Of a DNA stretch of 28,068 nucleotides, positions 1-9,803 are shown piece after piece. The position numbers and the translations under genes are program-made. A model generated the notes under the pieces. It was not told the DNA's origin, searched no databases, and worked only from the letters and a program-made list of their open reading frames with translations. The stretch lies in the IMG/VR virus record IMGVR_UViG_3300025674_000283, positions 1 to 28,068 of that record; one strand, written 5' to 3'. The first letter of the stretch is position 1, and each line of letters opens with the position of its first letter. The DNA comes from a virus (lineage: Duplodnaviria > Caudoviricetes).

Positions 1-1
1 T

Positions 2-61
2 CAAACAGAGCTGTTAGCAATATTAAACAAAAACCCTGTCATTGATGCGGAAGTAGAATAG
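2..61 (+). CDS. 3' end of upstream gene, probable terminase small subunit (partial)
   Basis: Open frame from window edge QTELLAILNKNPVIDAEVE* ending TAG at 59-61, 2 nt before the large terminase start; function inferred from position only. Confidence 0.55.
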   Translation, partial: QTELLAILNKNPVIDAEVE

Positions 62-63
62 CA

Positions 64-1548
64 GTGGATTTAACGCCAGAACAACTTGCAAAGATTCCAA
101 AGGAGCAAAAGAAACGTCTTCTTGAATTGTTGAAGGAACAGAAAGAAAGAATAAAGTTCAACAAGAAAGATCACTTTGATTTGTATCCGTGGCAACAGAG
201 TCTAGCTAATTCCACCAAAGATGCTCATCAGGTGTTGGCAATGTGTGCTAACCAGATTGGTAAGTCTACAAGTGGTGCATACATTACAGCGTGTCACTTG
301 ACAGGTTTATACCCTGATTGGTGGAAAGGTAATAGATTTGATAAGCCTATCTACTGTTGGGCGGCAGGTGTATCTAACGATACGACAAGAGATATTCTAC
401 AGACAGAATTGTTTGGTCTAGCTGAAAGTGAAGACATGTGGGGTACAGGCATGGTTCCGTTGGCTATGATTGGAGAGAAGACTAGACGTAGAGGTGCAAC
501 AGGTAACACGTATGATAGTGTCATGGTTCAGCACCACGATAAGAATGGCAACCCTGATGGTTGGTCTCGTATTGGCTTTAAGTCCTACGAGATGGGTGAA
601 GAGAAGTTCTATGGCAGACCAGTAGATTGGATTTGGCTCGATGAGCAACCACCTTCTAATATCTACACCCAGTGTATTACACGTACCGTAGCAACAAACG
701 GATACGTAATGATGACGTTTACTCCAGAGGACGGTATGACTCCTGTTGTAAACCAATTCATGAATGACATTAAAGAAGGTCAAAGATTAATACAGGCTAC
801 GTGGGACGATGCTCCTCACCTAGACGAAGATACCAAAGAACAGCTACTGGCTCAGTATCCTCCACATGAGAGACAGCTAAGAAGTCAAGGTATCCCTGTA
901 TTTGGTTCTGGTCTTGTGTTCCCTGTAGCAGAAGACAACATCATGGTTGATTCTTTTGAAATACCAGACCATTGGAAAAGAATTGCAGGTCTTGACTTTG
1001 GTTATGACCACCCTACAGCAGTTGCTTGGATAGCTATAGACGAAGAAAGCGATACGTATTATGTCTATGACATCTACTCAAGCCGTCAGGAAACCGCTAT
1101 AATCCATTCTGCGGCGATTAAACAACGACCCCAATGGATACCAGTAGCATGGCCTAAAGATGGCTTACAGAGCGATAAGGGAAGCGGAGTGAGCCTTGCT
1201 TCACAGTATCGAGATCAAGGTGTCAACATGTTGCATGATTGGGCGCGTAATCCAAAGGCTGTTGGCGAGACAGGAAAAGGTAACAACTTTATTGAACCTT
1301 CTATTATGGAAATGCTTCAAAGAATGGAGACAGGAAGGTTTAAGGTATTCTCACACTTAGAAGAGTGGTTCAAAGAGTTTAGAGCATACCACAGGAAGGA
1401 TGGAAAGATAGTACCAATAAAAGATGATATTCTGTGTGCAACGAGATATGCTGTAATGTGCGCTCAGTTTGCAATAGCAGGTAAGTCACAGAACTGGACT
1501 GATTACGGTGATCGGTCTCTCCCAATTAAAAACTGGAGTAATGTATAA
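64..1548 (+). CDS. terL: Terminase large subunit
   Basis: Walker A-type ANQIGKS, Walker B WIWLDEQP, coupling motif MTFTP, RNase H-like nuclease motifs GLDFGYDHPTA and KDDILCATRY; lies before the portal. Confidence 0.96.
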   Translation: MDLTPEQLAKIPKEQKKRLLELLKEQKERIKFNKKDHFDLYPWQQSLANSTKDAHQVLAMCANQIGKSTSGAYITACHLTGLYPDWWKGNRFDKPIYCWAAGVSNDTTRDILQTELFGLAESEDMWGTGMVPLAMIGEKTRRRGATGNTYDSVMVQHHDKNGNPDGWSRIGFKSYEMGEEKFYGRPVDWIWLDEQPPSNIYTQCITRTVATNGYVMMTFTPEDGMTPVVNQFMNDIKEGQRLIQATWDDAPHLDEDTKEQLLAQYPPHERQLRSQGIPVFGSGLVFPVAEDNIMVDSFEIPDHWKRIAGLDFGYDHPTAVAWIAIDEESDTYYVYDIYSSRQETAIIHSAAIKQRPQWIPVAWPKDGLQSDKGSGVSLASQYRDQGVNMLHDWARNPKAVGETGKGNNFIEPSIMEMLQRMETGRFKVFSHLEEWFKEFRAYHRKDGKIVPIKDDILCATRYAVMCAQFAIAGKSQNWTDYGDRSLPIKNWSNV

Positions 1549-3534
1549 ATGGAAACAAGTATAACAGATGAAGCACTAGCACAGTTAGTCGGCATAGAAC
1601 TGAACACGGCTGACTCTTGGGCTAATAGTGATCTAGCTGAACAACAGTCCGAGGCTTTAGACTACTACTATGGAAAGCCTTTTGGCGATGAGGAAGATGG
1701 CTTTTCTTCTGTAGTTACTAGAGATACTTTGAAAACAGTAGAGGGTATTATGCCTTCTCTGATGAAAGTATTTGCTTCAGGGGATACATTTGTTGAGTTT
1801 GAGCCAACAGGAGCTGAAGATGAAAACGCGGCTCAACAGGCTACAGACTATTTGAACTATGTGTTTGACAAGCGGTGTGATGGTTTTAACGTATTGTATA
1901 CATGGTTCAAAGATGCTCTTCTAATGAAGAACGGTTTGGTAGAAGTAAGTTGGCAACAAGATGAATACTGTGACATTGAGAACTTTACAGGTATTGAAGA
2001 GATTGAAGTCCAAGCTCTTGAAGAAGATGAGAAACTAGAGATTGTTAAAAAGGAAGTTAATGAAGAAGACCCGAACCTCTATGATGTTACTGTACGCCGT
2101 GACGATTATCGCGGTAAGCCAGTCGTTGACAACATCCCATCCTCTGAGTTTAGGATTAAGGCGAGAAGTAAAAGTCTTAAAGACGCAACCTTTGTCGCAA
2201 GAGTACAAGAAGTTAGCATTGGGTCACTTGTTGATGCAGGTTATAATCGAGAAGATGTCCGAGAGGGACACCGATCAGTCTTGATGAACTCAGAAGTTGA
2301 GAACTCTAGATTCGATGATGTAGAAGAACCTATTGACTTTTCAAACGATACAGTTGTTGAATACATTAAAGCATGGGTTAGAGTATTTGACGAAGACGAA
2401 GAAAAGATGAAGCTCATGGAAGTACACATGGTAGGTAATGTTGTACTTGACAAAGAAGAAGTAGGTCACTTGCCTATTATCAACTTATCTCCAATCATGA
2501 TGCCTCACAAGTTTACTGGTGTTAGTATTGCTGACCTTGTAAAAGATATCCAAGAAATTAGAAGTAAGATGTGGAGACACACTCTTGATAACCTAGCACT
2601 ATCTAATGCAGGTAGATATGCGGCAGTAGAGAATCAAGTAAATCTGCAAGACCTTATCGACAACCGCATTGGCGGTATCGTGCGTGAGAAGGTACAGGGC
2701 GCTGTTAGACAGCTTCCAGTGCCACAGCTAGGTCAGGCTACCTTCCCCTTCTTAAACGAGCTAGACAAAGAAAGAGAAGATCGTGTGGGTGTTTCTAGAA
2801 TGACTCAAGGCTTAGACCCTTCAGCATTAACATCTAATACAGCCGCTACAGCAGTTAATCAGGTGATGACTGCGGCTCAGGAAAAGATTCAGCTTATTGC
2901 TCGTATCTTTGCAGAGACAGGCGTTAAAGAACTATTCTTACAGCTCTATCGTTTAATCCGTACAAACAACAGTGAAGTAGATATTGTTAAGCTTAGAGGA
3001 CAATACGTACCTGTTGCCCCTTACGATTGGAAAGATAGATTTGACATGGCAGTGACTGTTGGTTTAGGTAATCAAAACAAAGACCAGCAATTAATGCACT
3101 TAAACAACATTGCAACCATGCTTAGAGGCGTAGGTGAAACTCAAGGTGGTTATCTAATTAAACCAGAGCATATTCATGCTTTAGCTAGTGAGTTTATTAA
3201 AAATGCAGGCTACCGTAACCCATCTAGATTTATTGGCGATCCTCGTCAGATTGAACCGCCCGAACCACAACCAAGCCCAGACATGATTGCGGCTCAGGGT
3301 GAGTCACAGAAAGACATGGCTGATGCTCAGTTAAAACAAGTACAGGCTCAAGCGCAACAAGCAGAAGCTCAGATGAAACAGTCTGAGTTCCAGTTGAAAC
3401 TAGAGACTCTAAAGTTTGAGCGTGAGAAGTTTGAATGGATGAAGAAGAAAGAAGCGGCAGAACTTGGACTTGAAGCTCAACAGAAACGACCAGTAGGTAT
3501 TGGTGACAGTAAACTAAGAATGAGTGGTGAGTAA
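1549..3534 (+). CDS. Portal protein (P22/SU10-like) with C-terminal Q/A/E-rich coiled-coil barrel
   Basis: 661 aa; ALDYYYG, FEPTGAEDENAAQQATDYLNY, WFKDALLMKNG, GVSIADLVKDIQEIRS motifs typical of podovirus portals; follows terL. Confidence 0.92.
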   Translation: METSITDEALAQLVGIELNTADSWANSDLAEQQSEALDYYYGKPFGDEEDGFSSVVTRDTLKTVEGIMPSLMKVFASGDTFVEFEPTGAEDENAAQQATDYLNYVFDKRCDGFNVLYTWFKDALLMKNGLVEVSWQQDEYCDIENFTGIEEIEVQALEEDEKLEIVKKEVNEEDPNLYDVTVRRDDYRGKPVVDNIPSSEFRIKARSKSLKDATFVARVQEVSIGSLVDAGYNREDVREGHRSVLMNSEVENSRFDDVEEPIDFSNDTVVEYIKAWVRVFDEDEEKMKLMEVHMVGNVVLDKEEVGHLPIINLSPIMMPHKFTGVSIADLVKDIQEIRSKMWRHTLDNLALSNAGRYAAVENQVNLQDLIDNRIGGIVREKVQGAVRQLPVPQLGQATFPFLNELDKEREDRVGVSRMTQGLDPSALTSNTAATAVNQVMTAAQEKIQLIARIFAETGVKELFLQLYRLIRTNNSEVDIVKLRGQYVPVAPYDWKDRFDMAVTVGLGNQNKDQQLMHLNNIATMLRGVGETQGGYLIKPEHIHALASEFIKNAGYRNPSRFIGDPRQIEPPEPQPSPDMIAAQGESQKDMADAQLKQVQAQAQQAEAQMKQSEFQLKLETLKFEREKFEWMKKKEAAELGLEAQQKRPVGIGDSKLRMSGE

Positions 3535-3758
3535 TGGATGCAGAAAGAAAAGCAGACGTAGCCCGACAGTTACTTAGGGGAGGTCTCTTAGAAGAGGTCT
3601 TCTCTGATATCCAAAACAGCATAGCTGTAACGTGGGCTAAGTCACAAGAAATTGACGAACGTGATGATCTTTGGCATTTACAAAAAGCAGTAGGTATGGT
3701 TGAAGATGTTATTGAAGGTTACGTGTCAAACTACGAATACCAACAAAAAGTAAAATAA
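3534..3758 (+). CDS. Small hypothetical protein between portal and scaffold
   Basis: 74 aa, TAATG stop/start overlap with portal. Confidence 0.75.
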   Translation: MDAERKADVARQLLRGGLLEEVFSDIQNSIAVTWAKSQEIDERDDLWHLQKAVGMVEDVIEGYVSNYEYQQKVK

Positions 3759-3761
3759 AGC

Positions 3762-3790
3762 TTTACATTTGCTTAAAAGTATGGTATAAT
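3762..3790 (+). promoter_or_regulatory. Sigma70-type promoter for scaffold-capsid genes
   Basis: TTTACA (3762-3767), 17 nt spacer, extended TGn then TATAAT (3785-3790); SD AGGAG at 3811-3815 before GTG 3826. Confidence 0.85.
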
Positions 3791-3825
3791 ATACATATAT
3801 AGAACTACATAGGAGACTACCCCAA

Positions 3826-4848
3826 GTGGATGTCAATGAAACTCTTACAATGAATGAAGCCGTAGCTAAACTTCTTAATCCCTCCGAAGAGGAGCAAGTG
3901 AAGGAAGAGGAGCTAGAGCAAGAAACCCTCGAAGAGGAAACTCAAGAGGTCGCTACTGAAGACGAAGACACAGAAGTCGAAGATGAAGTAGAGGAAGAAA
4001 CCGAAGTCGAAACGGAAGAAGACGAAGGTGACGTTGAAGTGGGGGATTCTGATGAAGTTGAAGAAGAGTCTGAAACTCCAGAGACGACTACAGAAGATAC
4101 ACTGCACACTGTTAAGGTGGATGGTGAGGAGTATGAAGTCAATCTCGAAGAGTTAAAGAAAGGATATCAACTTGAAAAGAATTACACTAAGCGTGTCCAG
4201 AAGCTACAAGAGGAGTCTAAAGAACTTGAAAGTTTGCAGTCTACTCTTAATGCTGAGAGACAGCAGTATCTGCAACTTATGGAACTAGCCGCTACGAATC
4301 AACTAGCGGAGGTTAATAAGGCTAAAGAACTGTTAGGCACTATCGACAAAGAGAATGATCCTGTTGCATTTGTAAAACAGCAACTACGTGTTCAAGAGAT
4401 TGAAGATAATCTCCGTCAGAGCATTGCAGGTTTTCAACAAGCTAAAGCGCAAGCTGACAAGCAACAACAGGAACAACGAGCTAAGTTGATGGAGCAGGAA
4501 CAAGCGAAGCTATCAGAAATACTACCTGAGTGGGTTTCGCCTGAGTTCCAAAAGTCTGTTGTAGAATATGCTAGAGGTCAAGGGTATGATGATGACACTT
4601 TAGCTAATCTTATGACAGCGCGTGATGTATCTGTAATAAACAAGGCAAGACTATATGACGAACTTGTTAGCAAGAAGGCAACTGTCAAGAAGAAGCGACA
4701 GCCTATTGTTAAAAAGAAAGTTAAAGCTAGTTCGCCTCCTACAGCACAAACACGCAAAGCTCGCGCCGTTAAGGAACAACGACAAAAGCTAAAAAGCTCT
4801 GGCAAAGTGACAGATGCGGCAAACGCCATTCTGTCTTTAACCTCTTAA
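3826..4848 (+). CDS. Capsid scaffolding protein
   Basis: Very acidic N-terminus, VKVDGEEYEVNLEELKKGYQ..NYT motif, coiled-coil middle, basic C-terminus; directly before major capsid gene. Confidence 0.88.
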   Translation: MDVNETLTMNEAVAKLLNPSEEEQVKEEELEQETLEEETQEVATEDEDTEVEDEVEEETEVETEEDEGDVEVGDSDEVEEESETPETTTEDTLHTVKVDGEEYEVNLEELKKGYQLEKNYTKRVQKLQEESKELESLQSTLNAERQQYLQLMELAATNQLAEVNKAKELLGTIDKENDPVAFVKQQLRVQEIEDNLRQSIAGFQQAKAQADKQQQEQRAKLMEQEQAKLSEILPEWVSPEFQKSVVEYARGQGYDDDTLANLMTARDVSVINKARLYDELVSKKATVKKKRQPIVKKKVKASSPPTAQTRKARAVKEQRQKLKSSGKVTDAANAILSLTS

Positions 4849-4873
4849 CTTTATTTAATAAGGAAATTTAATT

Positions 4874-5812
4874 ATGGCAGTTTATAAGACTTATGATGCA
4901 ACAGGTATTAGAGAAGACCTTGCGGACATCATTTACAACATTTCTCCAACAGACACTCCTTTTATCTCTAACGTAGGTAAAGGTTCTACTAACGGTACTT
5001 ACTACGAGTGGCAAGTTGACTCTTTAGCAACTGCGGCTAACAATGCTCAAGTTGAAGGTGCTGATGCTCCTGCGGCGGCGGCTTCTGCAACTACTCGCGT
5101 TGGTAACTACACTCAGATTGCTAGTAAAACTGTTAGCGTTTCTGGTTCTAACGAAGCCGCAGATGCGGCAGGTCGCGCTTCAGAAATGGCCTATCAGCTT
5201 GCTAAAGCAGGTATGGAACTAAAACGTGATATGGAGTTCAGCCTAGTAGGTGTTGATAAAGCACAAGACGTAGGTAACGGCACTAACAACCCACGTGAGC
5301 TTGGTTCTGTTTACTCTTGGCTTGGTACTAACTGTTTAGTTGGTGCGGGTTCTGGTGCGGCTCCAACAGGTGATGGTACTGACGTTTACACAGCAGGTAC
5401 TGATCGTGACTTTACTGAAGACCTTCTAACAGAAGTTGTTGAAGACATTTGGGAGCAAGGTGGTAATCCTTCAGTTATTATGTGTGGTGCGGCTCGTAAA
5501 GCAGAACTAACTGACTTTACTGGTACTGCTAACCAATACAAATCAGTTGATCCTAAGACTATTGTAAACGCAGTTGACATCTACGTATCTGACTACGGCG
5601 AGTTAACTGTTGTTCCAAACCGTCACATGCTAACTGATTCTGTACTTGTTCTTCAGCCTGACATGTGGTCTGTAGATTACTATCGTGATTTCCAAACCAT
5701 TGATCTAGCTAAAACAGGTGATGCCGATGAGAAGCAAATGCTTGTAGAATACACTTTGTGTTCTAAAAACGAAGCGGCTTCTGGTGTTATCCGTGACGTA
5801 GCAGGTGCATAA
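4874..5812 (+). CDS. Major capsid protein (SU10 MCP / DUF5309 family)
   Basis: REDLADIIYNISPTDTPF, EWQVDSL, NYTQI, ELKRDME, YVSDYG, LAKTGDA..QMLVEY motifs; SD AAGGA; followed by terminator. Confidence 0.93.
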   Translation: MAVYKTYDATGIREDLADIIYNISPTDTPFISNVGKGSTNGTYYEWQVDSLATAANNAQVEGADAPAAAASATTRVGNYTQIASKTVSVSGSNEAADAAGRASEMAYQLAKAGMELKRDMEFSLVGVDKAQDVGNGTNNPRELGSVYSWLGTNCLVGAGSGAAPTGDGTDVYTAGTDRDFTEDLLTEVVEDIWEQGGNPSVIMCGAARKAELTDFTGTANQYKSVDPKTIVNAVDIYVSDYGELTVVPNRHMLTDSVLVLQPDMWSVDYYRDFQTIDLAKTGDADEKQMLVEYTLCSKNEAASGVIRDVAGA

Positions 5813-5822
5813 TAAGTAACAC

Positions 5823-5857
5823 ACTAGGCTATCTTTCGGGGTAGCCTAGTTTCTTTT
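5823..5857 (+). terminator. Rho-independent terminator after capsid gene
   Basis: ACTAGGCTATCT-TTCG-GGGTAGCCTAGT 12 bp stem (2 G-U) with UUCG loop, followed by TTCTTTT. Confidence 0.9.
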
Positions 5858-5868
5858 CTGAGGTATCT

Positions 5869-6180
5869 ATGTCTGACGTTAAAACACATATCATTAAAAA
5901 CAATGATGATACAATTACATTTGGTACTACTCAAGACTTTAGTTCGATTCTTGAACGAAACAAAATAGAAGCAAACAACAATTTAAATAGAAGAACAGAT
6001 AAGGATACCTTTGGACGTAAGGTAGCTTCTATTCCTCTCAATTTAATTAACGCATGGTGTCACGAGTGGAACTGCACTATGCAACAGTTATTCAACGATC
6101 CTGATTTAAAAGCAAAGATGATGGCACGACTACGAAGTGCTGATTACTTAAAACTTAGAACCGATCATGGGCGAATATAA
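5869..6180 (+). CDS. Hypothetical protein (head module)
   Basis: 103 aa, SD GAGG upstream, RKVASIP motif, stop overlaps next start. Confidence 0.8.
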   Translation: MSDVKTHIIKNNDDTITFGTTQDFSSILERNKIEANNNLNRRTDKDTFGRKVASIPLNLINAWCHEWNCTMQQLFNDPDLKAKMMARLRSADYLKLRTDHGRI

Positions 6181-6797
6181 TGGCAGTTAATAATCTAGGT
6201 GAACTCAGAGCTTTAGTTAAAGACTGGGCAAACCGTAAAGACATTTCAGATTCAACATATAATTCATTTATTAACTTAGCCCAAGACCGAGCTAATCGTG
6301 TCTTGCGTATCCCTGTTCTTGAAGGATACAACAATAATCTAGCTGTAAACTCTGAAGGTGCTGTAGCTCTTCCTGAAGACTACTTAGAAGCAAAAGCAGT
6401 GTCGTTTGACTCTGGTGGTAGAACTTACGAACTAGAACGCAAAACACTTCCATACGTAGTTGGTATGCAAACAGCAGAAGGCTTCCCAAAGTACTTTGCA
6501 AGACAGCAGAACAGATTCTTAATAGCTCCCTTAAATGGTGAGATATCTAGTATAAAACTATATTACTACATCGTTGCTGATAACTTAGTTAACGATACAG
6601 ATACTAACTGGTTTGTTGAACAAGGAACAGACCTTTTACTTTATGGTGCATTAGCTGAACTAGCACTATATACAAAGAATACAGAAGAGGCTCAACTGTT
6701 TGAGTCTAAGTTTAGAGGGGCGGCGGCAGAGCTTGAAAACATGGCGATGAAAGCTGAGTTCTCAGGATCAACCATTGGTGTACTTCCACAAGGATAA
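6180..6797 (+). CDS. Head-tail adaptor protein
   Basis: WANRKD, FINLAQDRANRVLR, LPEDYLE, G.PKYF, TNW....DLLLYGALAE pattern of podovirus adaptors; gene position. Confidence 0.8.
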   Translation: MAVNNLGELRALVKDWANRKDISDSTYNSFINLAQDRANRVLRIPVLEGYNNNLAVNSEGAVALPEDYLEAKAVSFDSGGRTYELERKTLPYVVGMQTAEGFPKYFARQQNRFLIAPLNGEISSIKLYYYIVADNLVNDTDTNWFVEQGTDLLLYGALAELALYTKNTEEAQLFESKFRGAAAELENMAMKAEFSGSTIGVLPQG

Positions 6798-6800
6798 ACA

Positions 6801-9554
6801 ATGACAGGATTCTACAAAGATTACGCTGATTCTTCTGATACGCATCAAAACAGTGCGGAGGCTTCTGCGGATGCGGCAGAGTCTGCAAAGCTTATAGCAC
6901 AAAGTGCGGCGCAAACATCAAGCACTAAAGCAATAGAAGCCACAACTCAAGCAGGCATAGCCACAACTCAAGCAGGTATAGCTACAACCAAAGCAAGCGA
7001 AGCCGCGGCATCTGCAACTGCGGCTCAAAACGCGGCTCAAAACGCGGCTCAAAACTTAGAAATTACATCAGCATCGTTTGACACTGCCGATGGTATCTTG
7101 ACACTTACTAAAGGTAACAGCAATACAGTTACTACAGACCTCGATGGTCGATACCTAACTTCTCATCAAGATATTTCAGGAAAGGCTAACTTAACAGGGG
7201 CTCAGTTTACTGGTGGAGTTAATGTAACTGGTGGTGGTCTTAGTGTAGGTACTCTGCTTGCTAATCAAAATGTAAATGTTTTTGGTGATATTTCAATTAC
7301 AGGCACAGTAGACGGAGTAGATATAGCAAGTCTAAACACTACTGTAGCAGGCAAAGCAGACTTGTCGGGTGCTACATTTACTGGTGATGTTACTGCGGCA
7401 GGGTTAACTGTAGACACAAATACTCTTCATGTTGATGCTACTAACGATAGAGTGGGTATAGGTACTACTAGTCCTGTAACCAACCTTCACGTAGCAGGTG
7501 GAAGCTCAGGAACTAACCAAGCATTATTTAGAACAACATCAGGCGGTGGTGGTGGTCTGCAAATAGTGTGTTCTGATTTAAGTCTTGCAAATCCTTTATG
7601 GAGTATAAACACTTTCTACGGAGAAGCCCTTGCGTTTGGTGATGGTACTAGTGAACGTATGCGTATCGACTCATCAGGCAACGTATTGGTGGGTACTACT
7701 GACAACAACGTAAGCAATAACTCAGGAGCTGAAAACAGCGGTATTAATTTATTAGCTACAGGTCAAATATTTGCGGCTTACGGTGGTAACTCTGGAAACT
7801 TTAATCGACTTGGTAGCGATGGCAGTATTCTTAATTTTGACAGAGACGGTACAACTGTAGGGTCTATTGGTGGTGAAACTAATAATTTAGTTATAGATGT
7901 TCCTAATAATGGAAATGCTTTAATATTTGAAGGTTCAAATACTGGCGGTACAACTACTAGACTTGCTATGACTAATGCTGGTGGTTCAGAAGCATTTAGA
8001 CCTTTTAATTCAGATAGTGATGATTTATTTGACTTAGGCTCTAGTGCAAGAAGGTTCAAAGACCTTTACCTATCTGGTACTGGTTACTTTGGCATAAACG
8101 TAGGTATAGGTACTGACGACCCAAATGAAGCTTTAGACGTTGTAGGTAATATTGCAGTAAGCGGTACTGTAGACGGTGTAGATATAGCAGGTTTAAACAC
8201 TACTGTAGCAGGTAAAGCAGACACAACAGGAGACACGTTTACTGGCGATGTATTATTTAACGATGGAGTAAAAGCTAAGTTTGGTACAGATAGTGACCTC
8301 TTAATTTACCACAATAATGGTGAACCCTCTGTGATTGAAGATGCAGGGGAGTTAGGTCTTATACTAAAAACTAACGGAAACATATTTGCTGTAGCTTCAG
8401 ACACTAACGAAAACATGATTACTGCTTCTCCTAATGGTGGTGTTAGTTTATATTATGACAATAATATTAAATTAATTGTAGGTGAAAATGCTGTTAGTGT
8501 GGGTGAACACCTTAGTGTATCTAGTGGTTTTGATTTAGATGTATTAGGTGGCGACCTAAATGTTACAGGAGCTTTAACTACCACAGATACTATCACAGCA
8601 CCTAATGTAGACATAAGTACATCAGGTACAGTCACTACTAATATTGCTACTGGTAATCACGACAATACAGCTTCTACTAAAACTGTAAACATAGGCACAG
8701 GGTTTGCAGGGTTTTTTGCAGGACTCACAACTGTTAACATCGGTACGCAGTCTACAGATTCACAGAATACAATCAACTTAGGTTCTGGTGTTAGTGTTGC
8801 AGGGAAAGAAGACACTATTAATCTGAAGGGTAATGTCACTGTAGATGGTACAATTAACGCTGTTACTGAGTATCCTTTTTATAATATTCTTTCACACGCT
8901 ATGGGTTCTACTCAGGTTTTAAATGATACTCCAACTGCAATTTCAGGAAATGCTTTTGACACACCTTCTGGTATTGGTTCTAAACATATAGACTTTTCAT
9001 TAGATTTAGTATATTATAATGTAAGCAATACTAATGATGGTCAACTAACTGTTAGCGTATCAGCCCCTAGTCCTTCTTCTGAAGCTGTAGTAAATTTAGG
9101 AACCGTACAAAGTACTTCAACCCCAACAAGCTACATGAAAGAATGGCAAGTAACAGGTAACTTTGTTAAACATTTTTCGCAATACTGTGGCTTATCTAAA
9201 AATAATTCTAGTGGTGGAGTATCTATGGGTTTGATATATAACTATCGTTATGATGTTTCTACAGATAGAACAATCGTAACAACAGGTACGTATACAAATT
9301 CACCTGTCGTTGGAGATACTGTATATCTACACCCCTTTGATTGGGAATCGCAAGGTACTTCTATTGACGGTGTCCACTATAAAATTGATGGTACAACAGA
9401 TAGTGCTTTTGAAATACGTAGAGATTTTACACAATTTTTAGGATATTTTACTAGTTCTGTTGGTGTAAGTATTAAAGCTAGAGAAATTAGTGCTACGGCT
9501 GATAATATTGCAGTAGATACTATACAAGGTAAAACGGTAAAAATAAGGAACTAA
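6801..9554 (+). CDS. Long tail fibre / receptor-binding protein
   Basis: 917 aa; Ala-rich coiled-coil N-terminus, DLDGRY, G/T/S/N-rich beta repeats VGIGTTSP, ERMRIDSSGNVLVGTT, DLGSSARRFKDLYLSG typical of phage fibres. Confidence 0.9.
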   Translation: MTGFYKDYADSSDTHQNSAEASADAAESAKLIAQSAAQTSSTKAIEATTQAGIATTQAGIATTKASEAAASATAAQNAAQNAAQNLEITSASFDTADGILTLTKGNSNTVTTDLDGRYLTSHQDISGKANLTGAQFTGGVNVTGGGLSVGTLLANQNVNVFGDISITGTVDGVDIASLNTTVAGKADLSGATFTGDVTAAGLTVDTNTLHVDATNDRVGIGTTSPVTNLHVAGGSSGTNQALFRTTSGGGGGLQIVCSDLSLANPLWSINTFYGEALAFGDGTSERMRIDSSGNVLVGTTDNNVSNNSGAENSGINLLATGQIFAAYGGNSGNFNRLGSDGSILNFDRDGTTVGSIGGETNNLVIDVPNNGNALIFEGSNTGGTTTRLAMTNAGGSEAFRPFNSDSDDLFDLGSSARRFKDLYLSGTGYFGINVGIGTDDPNEALDVVGNIAVSGTVDGVDIAGLNTTVAGKADTTGDTFTGDVLFNDGVKAKFGTDSDLLIYHNNGEPSVIEDAGELGLILKTNGNIFAVASDTNENMITASPNGGVSLYYDNNIKLIVGENAVSVGEHLSVSSGFDLDVLGGDLNVTGALTTTDTITAPNVDISTSGTVTTNIATGNHDNTASTKTVNIGTGFAGFFAGLTTVNIGTQSTDSQNTINLGSGVSVAGKEDTINLKGNVTVDGTINAVTEYPFYNILSHAMGSTQVLNDTPTAISGNAFDTPSGIGSKHIDFSLDLVYYNVSNTNDGQLTVSVSAPSPSSEAVVNLGTVQSTSTPTSYMKEWQVTGNFVKHFSQYCGLSKNNSSGGVSMGLIYNYRYDVSTDRTIVTTGTYTNSPVVGDTVYLHPFDWESQGTSIDGVHYKIDGTTDSAFEIRRDFTQFLGYFTSSVGVSIKAREISATADNIAVDTIQGKTVKIRN
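6939..7055 (+). repeat. Tandem repeats in fibre N-terminus
   Basis: 21-mer GCCACAACTCAAGCAGGYATA x2 (6939-6980, ATTQAGI) plus partial third copy; perfect 12-mer GCGGCTCAAAAC x3 (7020-7055, in TAAQNAAQNAAQN). Confidence 0.9.
7302..8252 (+). repeat. Dispersed ~90 bp direct repeat within tail fibre (7302-7391 and 8163-8252)
   Basis: GTVDGVDIASLNTTVAGKADLSGATFTGDV vs GTVDGVDIAGLNTTVAGKADTTGDTFTGDV, 861 nt apart, similar at DNA level. Confidence 0.9.
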
Positions 9555-9555
9555 A

Positions 9556-9789
9556 ATGAAAGTAGGTTACTTACAAAAAAACAGTGACGGTTCTGAAGAA
9601 AGAATTATACACAGCACATATGACACAAGAGAAGAAGCGCACACAGAGGCTGTAGCGTTGGCTGATAGTTTTGTAGGTAACGATAATATTTTACAGGTAG
9701 AAAGAGGTTATGCTATTGATGACACTACTTATCTACCTAGAGTAATTTACAACGTACCACCAACTGACGCACAAAGAAATCCATCGTAA
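9556..9789 (+). CDS. Hypothetical protein, possibly fibre-associated or chaperone
   Basis: 77 aa, starts 1 nt after fibre stop, SD AGGA; function from position only. Confidence 0.7.
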   Translation: MKVGYLQKNSDGSEERIIHSTYDTREEAHTEAVALADSFVGNDNILQVERGYAIDDTTYLPRVIYNVPPTDAQRNPS

Positions 9790-9803
9790 CAAGGAATAAT
9801 ATT

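Noticed and set aside
6801-9554. Diversity-generating retroelement or invertible cassette at the tail fibre
   Set aside because: Repeats are direct and in frame, differences are not adenine-specific, and no reverse transcriptase or invertase is in the window
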